Made by a program: the position numbers and the translations under genes. The notes below the pieces were generated by a model. That model did no database searches, was not told where the DNA came from, and worked only from the letters and a program-made list of their open reading frames with translations. Shown here piece by piece: positions 1 to 9,998 of a stretch of DNA of 64,000 nt. This stretch comes from a virus: IMG/VR virus record IMGVR_UViG_3300032087_004567; one strand, written 5' to 3'. How positions within the stretch are numbered: the stretch's first letter is position 1; every line of letters starts with the position of its first letter.

Positions 1-693
1 GGTACGCAAACACATAAGCTTGTACTAGAAGGTTTATTTGGTAAAGTAGAAAAAATAACTACTACTGCAGAATTAATAGAACAAAAACATTTATCTAATT
101 TTAAAATAAAAGCAATTGCATTAAACTATAACGATGAAATAAAGAAGCAACTTAAAGGTATAGACTATCAATCAGAAGTTGATTATATTAATTCATATGA
201 ACCAAGAAATAAATTTATATCAAATCTCATATCAACCTTAGAAGGCAATACATTATTGTTATTTAAGATTATAGATCATGGTAAGAAACTATTTGATTTA
301 ATTAAGAAAACAATCGATAATAGAAAAGTATACTATGTAGATGGATCGGTTGATGGTATGTTACGAGAAGATATAAGAGAAGATATTGAAAAGCAAAAAG
401 ATGGTATTATAGTTGCATCACTAGGTACATTCTCAACAGGTGTAAATATACGTAACCTACATAATATAGTATTTGCAAGTCCTAGTAAGTCAAGAATAAA
501 AACCCTACAATCGATTGGAAGAGGTTTAAGACTAGGTAAAAATAAAACTGTTGCAACACTGTATGATTTAGTAGATGATATATCATGGAAGTCAAAAAAG
601 AACTATACTCTACTACATTTTATTGAAAGAGTAAAAATGTATGATGATGAAAAATTTGATTATAAAATCTATAACGTTAACCTAGGTAATTAA
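1..693 (+). CDS. uvsW: UvsW-like SF2 DNA helicase, C-terminal part (gene starts before the window)
   Basis: Frame 1 is open from base 1 (GTQTHKLVLEGLFG...). Helicase motifs ASLGTFSTGVNI and LQSIGRGLR; T4-like gene context. Confidence 0.93.
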   Translation, partial: GTQTHKLVLEGLFGKVEKITTTAELIEQKHLSNFKIKAIALNYNDEIKKQLKGIDYQSEVDYINSYEPRNKFISNLISTLEGNTLLLFKIIDHGKKLFDLIKKTIDNRKVYYVDGSVDGMLREDIREDIEKQKDGIIVASLGTFSTGVNIRNLHNIVFASPSKSRIKTLQSIGRGLRLGKNKTVATLYDLVDDISWKSKKNYTLLHFIERVKMYDDEKFDYKIYNVNLGN

Positions 694-694
694 A

Positions 695-1102
695 ATGTAT
701 ACAATAATAAAATTACATAATGGTTCTGAAATAATTGGAGTATTACTTGATGATAAAGATGATTATTTAATGCAAAATCCTTTTCAAATATTCTACCTTA
801 GAGATAAAACTATATCGCAAAGACCTCAAATATCAGTACAGAAGTTTATGCCTTTAAGTAAAGAAAAAACATTTGTATTTAGAAAAGAAGATGTACTAAC
901 TTTATCAACACCAATAGATGGTATACAAAAATATTATGACACAGCATTAAAATATTATGATGATGCAGAAAAAGAATTAAATACAGAACTATCTAAAGCA
1001 GCAAAAGAATTAGACGAAGAAGAAATATTATACAGTGAGCGAGATGCAGATCTTAAAGATGCATACATTGAATACGCAACAAAGAAACCAACTATAAATT
1101 AA
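695..1102 (+). CDS. conserved T4-like hypothetical protein (IIKLxNGxEIIG N-terminus, possibly Sm-like fold)
   Basis: ORF between uvsW and gp55, a position usually occupied by a conserved hypothetical gene in marine T4-like phages. Confidence 0.6.
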   Translation: MYTIIKLHNGSEIIGVLLDDKDDYLMQNPFQIFYLRDKTISQRPQISVQKFMPLSKEKTFVFRKEDVLTLSTPIDGIQKYYDTALKYYDDAEKELNTELSKAAKELDEEEILYSERDADLKDAYIEYATKKPTIN

Positions 1103-1110
1103 GGTAAATA

Positions 1111-1674
1111 ATGGCTGAATCACATTATGTAGATAATAAAAAACTATATCAAGCAATATTAGAATATAAAAAAGACGTTAAATTAAAATTAGATCAAGGC
1201 AAAGATAAACCACCAATACCAAGATATGTTGGTCATTGTATGTTAATGATTGCAAATAGACTATCCCTTAAACCTAACTTTGCAAATTATTCTTATAGAG
1301 AAGAAATGATATCTGATGGTGTAGAAAATTGTGTATGCTATTTTGATAACTATGATCCAGAAAGATATAATAATCCATTTGCATATTTTACCCAGATAAT
1401 TTATTTTGCATTCTTAAGAAGAATACAGAAAGAAAAGAAACAACTTTATATTAAACATAAGTCATTAGAGAATAGCTTAATATTAGAAGAATTACATAAT
1501 CAAGGTGAGCATGATGATGGTAAATATAAACCAGCTTACATTGATATTGATAATGAAAATATGCAAGAGTTTGTAAAGACTTTTGAAACTAATTTACTTA
1601 ATAAACGTAAGAAGAAGAAAAAAGGCGTTGAGAAATTTATAGAGGAAGATAATGAAAATAGCTCTACTGGGTGA
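1111..1674 (+). CDS. gp55: late-transcription sigma factor gp55
   Basis: HYVDNK, NFANYSYREEMISDG and NPFAYFTQIIYFAFLRRIQKEKKQ motifs. Confidence 0.95.
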   Translation: MAESHYVDNKKLYQAILEYKKDVKLKLDQGKDKPPIPRYVGHCMLMIANRLSLKPNFANYSYREEMISDGVENCVCYFDNYDPERYNNPFAYFTQIIYFAFLRRIQKEKKQLYIKHKSLENSLILEELHNQGEHDDGKYKPAYIDIDNENMQEFVKTFETNLLNKRKKKKKGVEKFIEEDNENSSTG

Positions 1675-2713
1675 TACCCACTTTGGTGCTAGAGGTGATA
1701 ATATACATTTTCATAGGTACTTTAAAAAGTTTTATGATAATGTCTTTTTTCCATATCTAGAAGAACATAATATAAATCGCATAATACAATTCGGTGATAT
1801 ATTTGATAGAAGAAAATATATAAACTTTCATTCATTACAATTATGTAAAGAATATTTCTTTGATAAACTAAAAGAAAAGAAAATACCAGCATGGATACTT
1901 ACCGGTAATCATGATACGTATTTTAAAAATACTAATAATGTTAATTCACCTAATCTACTACTACAAGAATATGATAACTTAGCATTAATAAACGAACCTG
2001 TAGATATAACTATGGATGGTTTAGATTTATTATTAGTACCTTGGATGTGTTTAGATAATCATCAAATGTGTATGGATGCAATGAAGAATACTAAATCGCA
2101 AATAGTAATAGGTCATTTTGAGATAAAAGGTTTTGAAATGCATATTGGTGCATTTTGTGATAAAGGTCTGAATGAAGATATTTTTAGTAAATTTGATACA
2201 GTACTATCGGGTCATTTTCATCATAAGTCTAATCGTAAAAATATAACTTATGTTGGTACACCATATGAAATGACTTGGTCTGATTTTGAAGATCCTAAAG
2301 GCTTTCATATTTTAGATACTGAAACTAGAGAAATAGAATATGTAAGAAATCCATATACTATGTTCCATAAAGTATGGTATGATGATAGTAATGCATCGAT
2401 GGATGAAATACTTGCACAAGATGTAGAGAAATATAACGGATGTATAGTTAAAGTAATAATTAAGAATAAACTTAATCCGGTATGGTTTGATATGTTTATT
2501 GAAAAGATAGAAAAGTCTGGTGTAGTAGATATGCAAATTGTAGAAGATCATCTAAACTTAAATTTAGAAGATGATGAAGATATTATTTCGGAAGCAGAAG
2601 ATACACCTACAATCCTTAGCAAATACATAGATTCCTTAGATATAAAGGCAGATAAAAAACAGCTTGAAAATTTATTGAGAAGTTTATATAATGAAGCTTT
2701 AACACTTGGATAG
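1652..2713 (+). CDS. gp47: recombination endonuclease subunit gp47 (Mre11/SbcD-like)
   Basis: Metallophosphoesterase motifs DTHFG, GDIFD, GNHD, GHFE, SGHFH. Confidence 0.95.
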   Translation: MKIALLGDTHFGARGDNIHFHRYFKKFYDNVFFPYLEEHNINRIIQFGDIFDRRKYINFHSLQLCKEYFFDKLKEKKIPAWILTGNHDTYFKNTNNVNSPNLLLQEYDNLALINEPVDITMDGLDLLLVPWMCLDNHQMCMDAMKNTKSQIVIGHFEIKGFEMHIGAFCDKGLNEDIFSKFDTVLSGHFHHKSNRKNITYVGTPYEMTWSDFEDPKGFHILDTETREIEYVRNPYTMFHKVWYDDSNASMDEILAQDVEKYNGCIVKVIIKNKLNPVWFDMFIEKIEKSGVVDMQIVEDHLNLNLEDDEDIISEAEDTPTILSKYIDSLDIKADKKQLENLLRSLYNEALTLG

Positions 2714-2715
2714 TT

Positions 2716-3249
2716 ATGAATATTTTTATATTAGATCTTGATATGGAAGAATGTGCAAAGGCTATGGTCGATCGACATATAGTTAAGATGCCTACTGAAT
2801 CATTACAGCTTTTAAGTACATCGCATAGAATGTTAGATGGTAATATGTACACCACTTGGAATAAACGTGGTGCTAAGATGACAAAATATTATCTTAATGA
2901 TGGTAGAGAAGATATTATAGCTAAAGACTGTCATCATAAACATCCGTGTCAGATATGGCTACAAAAATCACCTCGTAATTACGATTACTTATTCAGACTT
3001 ACTAAAGTAATGTGTAAAGAATATACATTTAGATATGGTAGGGTTCATGGTGTTGAAAAACGTTTAGATGATATAAAATCTCCACCACGTAATATTGGTA
3101 AGGATCCTTTTACATTACCACCTCAAGCTATGGATGAAGAATATAGACGTAACGACTTAGTAGAAGGTTATAAGAACTATTATAGAAAGGCTAAAAAACA
3201 TCTAGCAGCATGGAAAAATAGACCAGTACCTGCTTGGTATAATATATGA
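2716..3249 (+). CDS. pyrimidine-dimer DNA glycosylase / endonuclease V-like protein
   Basis: MNIFILD...DRHIVKMPTESLQLLST, HxxHPC, EYTFRYGRVH and PQAM motifs of this phage family. Confidence 0.75.
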   Translation: MNIFILDLDMEECAKAMVDRHIVKMPTESLQLLSTSHRMLDGNMYTTWNKRGAKMTKYYLNDGREDIIAKDCHHKHPCQIWLQKSPRNYDYLFRLTKVMCKEYTFRYGRVHGVEKRLDDIKSPPRNIGKDPFTLPPQAMDEEYRRNDLVEGYKNYYRKAKKHLAAWKNRPVPAWYNI

Positions 3250-4961
3250 TAATATTTGAATCGGTTAAATGGAAAAATCTATTAAGTACTGGTAACTCAT
3301 TTACTAAAATAGATATAACTAAAAATAAAAATACTCTAATGATTGGATCTAATGGTGCTGGTAAAAGTACTATATTAGATGCATTATGTTTTGGTTTATA
3401 TAATAAACCTTTTAGAAAGATACCTAAAGGTCATTTAGTAAATATGATCAATCAAAAGAACTTAGAGGTAGAAATAGAGTTTAGAGTGGGTAAAAGAAAT
3501 TATCGTATAGTTAGAGGTATAAAACCTAATAAGTTTGAAATATACTTAGATGATAATCTTATAGATCAAAATGCTGATGCAAAAGAGTATCAAGAATACT
3601 TAGAGAAGAATATACTAAAACTTAATCATAAATCGTTTTGTCAAATAGTTGTACTAGGTTCAGCTAACTTTCAACCTTTTATGCAATTATCTGTTACCAA
3701 TAGAAGACAAATAATAGAAGATTTATTAGACATACAAATATTTTCATTAATGAATAATATTTTAAAAACTAAGTTAAGTGATAATAAGTTAGAACTTAAT
3801 GAGGCTAGTTTTAATATTAGAAATAATGCAGATAAAATTACAATGCTTAAAGAGCATTTAGAAAAGCTTAAACAGAATAATGAAGATCTTATTAAACAAA
3901 AAGAAGATAAGATAGATGAGTATAGAAAGCAAATAGCTACTAATAATAAAACTATAAAAGATCTTACTGTTGATCTAAAAGCAAAACTAGATAGTATCTC
4001 TGATGGTGAAAAGCTTAAACTAAAAGATAAAGAAGTATGGAAATCTATACAAACACTTTCTGCTAAAAAGAGTCAGATAGAATCAGAAATAGAATTCTTT
4101 ACTGATCATAATGATTGTCCTACTTGTAAGCAGGGTATAGATCATGAACATAAACAAAGTATAGTTTCAAAAGATAACGAAAAGATAGAAGAGATAACTG
4201 AAATAGAAAAAAAGCTTGACGATACTCATGATAAGATAGCTGCTAGGTTTAAAGAAATAAATGCTATTAAAGTAAAGATAGATGAGCTTAATAAGACCAT
4301 ATCAAATTGCACAGTACAAATTGAGACTTATAACAATTTTATAACTGACCTGACTACTGAGATAACTAAGATAAAAAAGGATTCTAAAGATGGTGAGGAT
4401 AATTCTGAAGAGTTAAAGAAGTATAAAAACGATCTTAAAAAAGCTATAGAGAATAAAGAAACGTTAGCAAAGGATAAACAGTTATTAGATATTGCAGTTC
4501 ATATATTACGTGATAGTGGTATAAAGACAAAGATTATAAAGCAGTATGTACCAGTAATGAATAAATTAATAAATAAGTATCTCGCTGCATTAGACTTCTT
4601 TGTTAATTTTAACCTTAATGAAAATTTTGAAGAGACAATAAAGTCTAGACATAGAGATAATTTTGTATATGAAAATTTTTCTCAAGGTGAGAAACTTAGA
4701 ATTGATTTAGCGTTATTATTTACTTGGAGGGCAATAGCTAAGTTAAGAAATAGTGCTAATACTAATTTATTAATTATGGATGAAATATTAGATTCATCTT
4801 TAGATATGGATGGTACTGATGAGTTTCTAAAGTTGATACAACAGTTGACTGAAGAAACAAATGTCTTTATAATATCCCATAAAGGTGATCAATTATTTGA
4901 AAAATTTGATAATGTAATGAGATTTGAGAAATATAAAAACTTTTCGAGGATGATAGTATGA
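3246..4961 (+). CDS. gp46: recombination ATPase gp46 (Rad50/SbcC-like)
   Basis: Walker A GSNGAGKST, CPTC zinc hook in the coiled coil, FSQGE signature, LIMDE Walker B. Confidence 0.96.
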   Translation: MIIFESVKWKNLLSTGNSFTKIDITKNKNTLMIGSNGAGKSTILDALCFGLYNKPFRKIPKGHLVNMINQKNLEVEIEFRVGKRNYRIVRGIKPNKFEIYLDDNLIDQNADAKEYQEYLEKNILKLNHKSFCQIVVLGSANFQPFMQLSVTNRRQIIEDLLDIQIFSLMNNILKTKLSDNKLELNEASFNIRNNADKITMLKEHLEKLKQNNEDLIKQKEDKIDEYRKQIATNNKTIKDLTVDLKAKLDSISDGEKLKLKDKEVWKSIQTLSAKKSQIESEIEFFTDHNDCPTCKQGIDHEHKQSIVSKDNEKIEEITEIEKKLDDTHDKIAARFKEINAIKVKIDELNKTISNCTVQIETYNNFITDLTTEITKIKKDSKDGEDNSEELKKYKNDLKKAIENKETLAKDKQLLDIAVHILRDSGIKTKIIKQYVPVMNKLINKYLAALDFFVNFNLNENFEETIKSRHRDNFVYENFSQGEKLRIDLALLFTWRAIAKLRNSANTNLLIMDEILDSSLDMDGTDEFLKLIQQLTEETNVFIISHKGDQLFEKFDNVMRFEKYKNFSRMIV

Positions 4962-5479
4962 TATATGATTTAGTACCTGAAGATGATCCTATACTTCAAA
5001 GAAGACTAGATAACTTTAACGTAGCAGAACCTCCGATAGACCCAAGAGAGCTTGCAAATAATCTAATAGAGACTATGGTGGAGCATAATGGACTAGGTAT
5101 ATCAGCTAATCAATGTGGTTTACCTTATAGGGTGTTCGTAATGAGATCAATAGAACCATTAGTAGTAATTAATCCAAGAATAGTTGATACATCTACTAAA
5201 GAAGTACTAATGGAAGAAGGTTGTATATCTTTTCCTAATCTGGTTATAAAAATTAAAAGACCAGAAAAAATTAAAGTACGATATGTTACCTTAAAAGAAT
5301 TTGAACCGATGCAGTTAGATACAATAACTGAAACTTTTCATGGAATGTCTGCAAGGGTATTCCAACACGAACTCGATCATTTAAATGGAATTGACTATAG
5401 AACTAGAGCAAATAGTATTCATTTAGATAGAGGAATGAGAAAGCGAAAGAGACTAGAGAGACAATCTAGAAGTCTGTGA
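4958..5479 (+). CDS. def: peptide deformylase
   Basis: GLGISANQCG, EGCIS and QHELDHLNG motifs. Confidence 0.95.
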   Translation: MIYDLVPEDDPILQRRLDNFNVAEPPIDPRELANNLIETMVEHNGLGISANQCGLPYRVFVMRSIEPLVVINPRIVDTSTKEVLMEEGCISFPNLVIKIKRPEKIKVRYVTLKEFEPMQLDTITETFHGMSARVFQHELDHLNGIDYRTRANSIHLDRGMRKRKRLERQSRSL

Positions 5480-5504
5480 CCTTCCACAATAACTAGGAGA
5501 ATAA

Positions 5505-6353
5505 ATGCAAAAAATAAAAGTAGCTGAAATATTTTATAGTATTCAGGGTGAAGGCTTGTACGCTGGTGTACCTAGTATATTTTTAAGAACCTTTGGATGT
5601 AATTTTACATGTTCAGGTTTTGGTATGCCAAGAGGACAAGTTAGCGATGAAAGAAATAAAATACCTATTACTGAGACAAGTACATATGATAATTTACCAT
5701 TAGTAAAGACCGGTTGTGATTCATATGCATCTTGGGATCCAAGATTTAAAAATCTATCTAAGTTCTATACATTAGAAGAGATAGAAGATATTATTATAGA
5801 TTTATTACCGTATAAGGAATGGAGAGATGAGCATCTTATCATTACTGGTGGTGAACCATTACTTGGTTGGCAAAAGGCATATATTAATCTCTTACAGAGA
5901 GATAAGATGAAGAAATGTAAACATATTACTTTTGAAACTAATGGCACGCAAGAATTAAGAGATGAGTTTAGTGAGTTTTTAAATAACTGGTCTGTTGATA
6001 ATGAAACTAACTTTACATTTAGTGTAAGTACTAAACTAAGCCCTTCTGGTGAAAAATTTGAAGATGCAGTTAAACCAGAAGTTATATCTAGTTACAGTAT
6101 AGGTAATCAATTATTTTTTAAATTTGTAATTGATAGTGACGAAGATGTAGAAGAGATAGAAAAAGCACTTAAGGTCTATGATCTAAAAGAAGTAACCGGT
6201 CATGAACCTATAGTATATGTTATGCCTGTTGGTGGCACGTCAGATTTATACGATGTCAACAGAAGAAAGGTTGCAGAAATAGCTATGAAAAAAGGTTGGA
6301 GATTTAGTCCACGTCTGCAGGTTGATATTTGGAAAAACGCATGGGGTACTTAA
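5505..6353 (+). CDS. queE: 7-carboxy-7-deazaguanine synthase (radical SAM)
   Basis: EIFYSIQGEG, FLRTFGCNFTC...GCDS, ITGGEPLL, FETNG, SPRLQV; adjacent to queD and folE. Confidence 0.9.
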   Translation: MQKIKVAEIFYSIQGEGLYAGVPSIFLRTFGCNFTCSGFGMPRGQVSDERNKIPITETSTYDNLPLVKTGCDSYASWDPRFKNLSKFYTLEEIEDIIIDLLPYKEWRDEHLIITGGEPLLGWQKAYINLLQRDKMKKCKHITFETNGTQELRDEFSEFLNNWSVDNETNFTFSVSTKLSPSGEKFEDAVKPEVISSYSIGNQLFFKFVIDSDEDVEEIEKALKVYDLKEVTGHEPIVYVMPVGGTSDLYDVNRRKVAEIAMKKGWRFSPRLQVDIWKNAWGT

Positions 6354-6354
6354 T

Positions 6355-6849
6355 ATGAATTATTCGTATAGTATGATGGCTAGAGCAATACATGGTATTT
6401 GTAGTAATGTAGAAGCATCTAAAATAAAATTTGATTATATTGTAGGATTATCAAGAGGTGGGTTAGTACCTGCGGTAAGATTATCACATTGTTTAAATTT
6501 AGATCTTGTACCATTAAGATGGTCATTACGTGATCATAAGGCAAGAGATGTAAGAATACTTTCTAATATTCTAAGCGATCTAACTGAAGGTAAAAAAATA
6601 TTAATGGTAGATGATCTTATTGATTCAGGTGAATCAATTGATGTAATGTTACATCAGATGGCAAGAATAAGAGGTCAATTACAATTTAATTTATTTGATA
6701 AAACTTGGGAAAATAATTTAGATATTGCAGTATTATTATTTAATACTGATCAAAAGAAAGTAAGACGTCCTAGGTTTGCATATGAAAATTTTAGTAGAAA
6801 AGAACGTCCTGAATGGATTAATTTTTGGTGGGAGGCAAAAGCAGCATGA
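6355..6849 (+). CDS. type I phosphoribosyltransferase (Gpt/Hpt-like)
   Basis: VGLSRGGLVPA, PRPP-binding loop ILMVDDLIDSGES, C-terminal WINFWWE. ATG at 6355 follows the queE stop. Confidence 0.85.
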   Translation: MNYSYSMMARAIHGICSNVEASKIKFDYIVGLSRGGLVPAVRLSHCLNLDLVPLRWSLRDHKARDVRILSNILSDLTEGKKILMVDDLIDSGESIDVMLHQMARIRGQLQFNLFDKTWENNLDIAVLLFNTDQKKVRRPRFAYENFSRKERPEWINFWWEAKAA

Positions 6850-7343
6850 AATGGTATAGTACAAAAACGTATGGTAATGATCAAGGATTAAGTTGTTGTT
6901 TTAGACAATGGAAAGCTGATCATAGTCATTGTTCGTTAATACATGGTTATAGTTTAGGTTTTAAATTAGTATTTGAATGCGATAAATTAGATGCTAGAAA
7001 CTGGGTAATGGACTTTGGAGGATTAAAAGATCTTAAAGAATGGTTAAAGTATATGTTCGATCATACTTTGGTTATAGCTGAAAGTGATCCAAAGTATGAT
7101 GAGTTAGAAAGATTAGGTAAGATAGGTCTTGCTGATGTTAGAGTAGTAGATGCAGTTGGAGCTGAAAAGTTTGCAGAATTAGTCTTTCGTAAGATGACTG
7201 AAATATTAGATAAAGCAAGAGAGGATGGTAAGTTACTTAATCCTTCAGTTAAGGTGAAGAGTGTAGAATGTTTTGAGCATGGTGCTAATTCTGCAATCTT
7301 TGAAGAAGATAATGTAGAAAGTGAATTTGGGACTTTATTATGA
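6846..7343 (+). CDS. queD: 6-carboxy-5,6,7,8-tetrahydropterin synthase (QueD/PTPS family)
   Basis: SHCSLIHGY, WVMDFGGLK, FDHTL and EHGANSA motifs; ATGA overlap with the PRTase stop. Confidence 0.9.
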   Translation: MKWYSTKTYGNDQGLSCCFRQWKADHSHCSLIHGYSLGFKLVFECDKLDARNWVMDFGGLKDLKEWLKYMFDHTLVIAESDPKYDELERLGKIGLADVRVVDAVGAEKFAELVFRKMTEILDKAREDGKLLNPSVKVKSVECFEHGANSAIFEEDNVESEFGTLL

Positions 7344-8023
7344 GTTGCTGGGAAAAGATAACTGAAAAAATGATTAAAGATGGCCATAGATTCTATGCTG
7401 CCGATAATGTATCTAAGTATATTGAACCACATGAAAAAGAAATACTAATTGATGAATGTACTAGAGCGTTTGAGTTTGTTCTTGATAGTTTATTAGTAGA
7501 TAGAAAGAACGATCCTAATAGTCAAGGTACTGCAAGACGATTAGCTAAGATGTATTATAATGAAATATTTGCAGGTAGATATACTCCTACACCTAATGCT
7601 ACTGCATTTCCTAACACTGGTGATGACAAGTATGACGGTATGTTAGTGGTAAGGGCAGAGTTAAGATCTATTTGTTCGCATCATCATCAACCTGTAAAGG
7701 GTGTTGCTTATATTGCAATTATACCTAATGAAAAGTTAATTGGTTTATCTAAGTATGTTAGACTTGCACAACATCTTGCAAGACGTGGTACATTGCAAGA
7801 AGAGTTATGTAATAGAATAGTAAATAGTATTCGTGAGGCTACTGGTTCAGATGATGTAGCTGTTTATATTTCTGCAACACATGGTTGTATGGAAAATAGA
7901 GGTATTAATGCTACTTCATCTCTTACTCAAACTACTAGATTAAGCGGTCAATTCCATGATCCTGATGTTAAGAAAGAGTTCTTTGATAATATTGCACTAC
8001 AGCAATCGTATGGTGAGAAGTAG
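7340..8023 (+). CDS. folE: GTP cyclohydrolase I
   Basis: TARRLAKMY, SICSHH, IGLSK, LQEEL and HGCMENRG motifs. Confidence 0.95.
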   Translation: MSCWEKITEKMIKDGHRFYAADNVSKYIEPHEKEILIDECTRAFEFVLDSLLVDRKNDPNSQGTARRLAKMYYNEIFAGRYTPTPNATAFPNTGDDKYDGMLVVRAELRSICSHHHQPVKGVAYIAIIPNEKLIGLSKYVRLAQHLARRGTLQEELCNRIVNSIREATGSDDVAVYISATHGCMENRGINATSSLTQTTRLSGQFHDPDVKKEFFDNIALQQSYGEK

Positions 8024-8052
8024 TTGATTTAATTTAGGAAATATATTATAAT
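8024..8052 (+). promoter_or_regulatory. early sigma70-type promoter
   Basis: TTGATT-N17-TATAAT in a tagTTGATTtaattt context repeated across the window. Confidence 0.8.
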
Positions 8053-8074
8053 ATTATTTTATTATGGAGGTAAT

Positions 8075-8335
8075 ATGATTAGTCAACTAAGTTCAAAAGC
8101 TAGAGTTAAACAAGATGGCATTGGTGAAGATACAATGCATACATTATGGGATTATCATGCTAGTGCTCATACAGATGAATATAGAGTTATGTGTAAAGAT
8201 GCTATTAAGAAGTCATCTGGTAAAAATGAGACTAAATCTAACGCATGTGATGCATTAGATAAAATGACATCTAAAACTAAAATGATGCAGTTTGTAACTA
8301 ATTATTTTCTTAAAGGTGAAGGAAGAGGTGTCTAA
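8075..8335 (+). CDS. hypothetical protein
   Basis: ORF with GGAGG RBS directly after the promoter. Confidence 0.7.
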   Translation: MISQLSSKARVKQDGIGEDTMHTLWDYHASAHTDEYRVMCKDAIKKSSGKNETKSNACDALDKMTSKTKMMQFVTNYFLKGEGRGV

Positions 8336-8688
8336 TGCCTAAGATGTATTTTGCAGAGTTTACCAAAGACAATAAAGTATTTCAAAAGTTTGGTCATACA
8401 GGTCATAACGATGCAATGATAAGACTTAATAATATTACAAAAGAATATCCGCAGTTTAAGGCAAGAGTCTTAGCTGCGGCATATCATAATGATATTACAA
8501 AGTGTCAAGGGGCAGAAGAAGCTTTTAAATGTATGTACCCTAAGAATTTTTGGTTAGAAGAAAAAATATCTGGTATTACCGAATGTGTTGTATTAGATCA
8601 ATCGACTAGAAATTCTGTTATTCAAGCAGTGAGAAAATTGAATACTAAATTTAAGGAGGAGTGTTTTGGCAATCAAGATAGCGCATGA
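8335..8688 (+). CDS. hypothetical protein, possible T5orf172/GIY-YIG-like nuclease domain
   Basis: N-terminal MYFAEF...FQKFGHT...RL pattern and a late conserved E resemble GIY-YIG variants; weak. Confidence 0.4.
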   Translation: MPKMYFAEFTKDNKVFQKFGHTGHNDAMIRLNNITKEYPQFKARVLAAAYHNDITKCQGAEEAFKCMYPKNFWLEEKISGITECVVLDQSTRNSVIQAVRKLNTKFKEECFGNQDSA

Positions 8689-9508
8689 ATGTCCCTTAGG
8701 AGTTTTTTATAGAGTTCAAGAACTTACTGATTATGATTATGCATTAGTTCATTTATTTGAAGAGTCAGAAGAATACTATAATAAATTTCTTATGGCTAAA
8801 ATGGCAGGTAGAGAAATTATTTTAGATAATTCTATATTTGAATTAGGTGAGGCATTTGATGCAGAGAAGTATGCATATTGGATAGAAAAGCTTAAACCTG
8901 ATTGGTATATAGTACCTGATAGTTTAGAGAATAAAAATGAAACTATTTCTAACTATGAAAACTGGATTAAGAATTATAATGACTTACCTGGTAAAAAGAT
9001 TGGAGTTGTACAAGGTAAAAATTATGATGAGGCAGTTGATTGTTATAAATATTTTTCTGTAGCGCCATATTGTGAAAAGGTAGCAATATCATTTGACTAT
9101 TCTTTTTACGAGACTATGAATCATAACTTAGAGTTTCCAACTAAGTATCATGCATGGTGTTTAGGTAGACAAGTATTTTTAGATAGGTTAATTAGAGATG
9201 ATTGGATTAATTATAAGAGACCTCATCATTTACTTGGTTGTAGTTTACCTCAAGAGTTTTTATACTATAAAACGAACGATAAGTTTAGATTTATAGAATC
9301 TTTAGATACTTCTAATCCAGTAGTTGCAGGATTAAAGGGGATAGTTTATAATGATACTATGGGTTTAGATGATAAACCTTCAGAAAAATTATATACGATG
9401 ATTGAGAGTGATGTGAGTAAAAATACGCTCAGTCTTATTGAAAAAAATATAGATGCATTTAGGAGAATATGTAATGAACTGGGTAGCGCTTTTCAGTCAA
9501 ACGGGTAG
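8666..9508 (+). CDS. divergent TGT-fold deazaguanine transglycosylase-like protein (DpdA/DpdA3-like)
   Basis: Ordered TGT-like motifs IILDNSIFE, IVPD, IGVVQG, HHLLG, SLDTS; embedded in the que cluster; TTG start with AGGAGG RBS. Confidence 0.7.
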   Translation: MAIKIAHECPLGVFYRVQELTDYDYALVHLFEESEEYYNKFLMAKMAGREIILDNSIFELGEAFDAEKYAYWIEKLKPDWYIVPDSLENKNETISNYENWIKNYNDLPGKKIGVVQGKNYDEAVDCYKYFSVAPYCEKVAISFDYSFYETMNHNLEFPTKYHAWCLGRQVFLDRLIRDDWINYKRPHHLLGCSLPQEFLYYKTNDKFRFIESLDTSNPVVAGLKGIVYNDTMGLDDKPSEKLYTMIESDVSKNTLSLIEKNIDAFRRICNELGSAFQSNG

Positions 9509-9998
9509 TGAAATAGATACTCTAAGTAGAAATCTAAATCAAAAACCTGATCAAATACTTACTAACAATAAAGACTATGATGGACCTTTAGAAGTTACAA
9601 AAGGTACACATAAAGAATTAATGGATATGTTAGAGGAGTTAGATCCTTATACTTTAGTTACTTTACATGGTTATTTAAGAATAATACCTGAACGTATTAC
9701 CTCCCATTGTAAAAGAATGTATAACGGTCATCCTGCTCTTGCTAATGTATATCCTGAACTAAGAGGATTAGATCCACAAAAGAGAACATGGCAGAATATA
9801 GAAAGATATGCTGCGGTTGGATCTATTGTTCATCATGTAATACCCGAGGTAGATGCAGGGGACGTAGTTGCATATGAATCTATTGTAATACCACATAGTG
9901 ACTATACAGAAGAGGCGTTATATGGTGATTTAAGAACATGTTCAATAGTATCATGGAAGAAATTTTTAATGGAGTACTTTAATGAAAATCGGCATTAG
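9474..9998 (+). CDS. PurN-fold formyltransferase, candidate preQ1 N-formyltransferase (DpdN-like)
   Basis: ALFSQTGS, HGYLRII, YNGHPAL, GSIVHHV and EVDAGDV correspond to GART motifs; AGGAG RBS; lies between the DpdA-like gene and queF. Confidence 0.78.
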   Translation: MNWVALFSQTGSEIDTLSRNLNQKPDQILTNNKDYDGPLEVTKGTHKELMDMLEELDPYTLVTLHGYLRIIPERITSHCKRMYNGHPALANVYPELRGLDPQKRTWQNIERYAAVGSIVHHVIPEVDAGDVVAYESIVIPHSDYTEEALYGDLRTCSIVSWKKFLMEYFNENRH

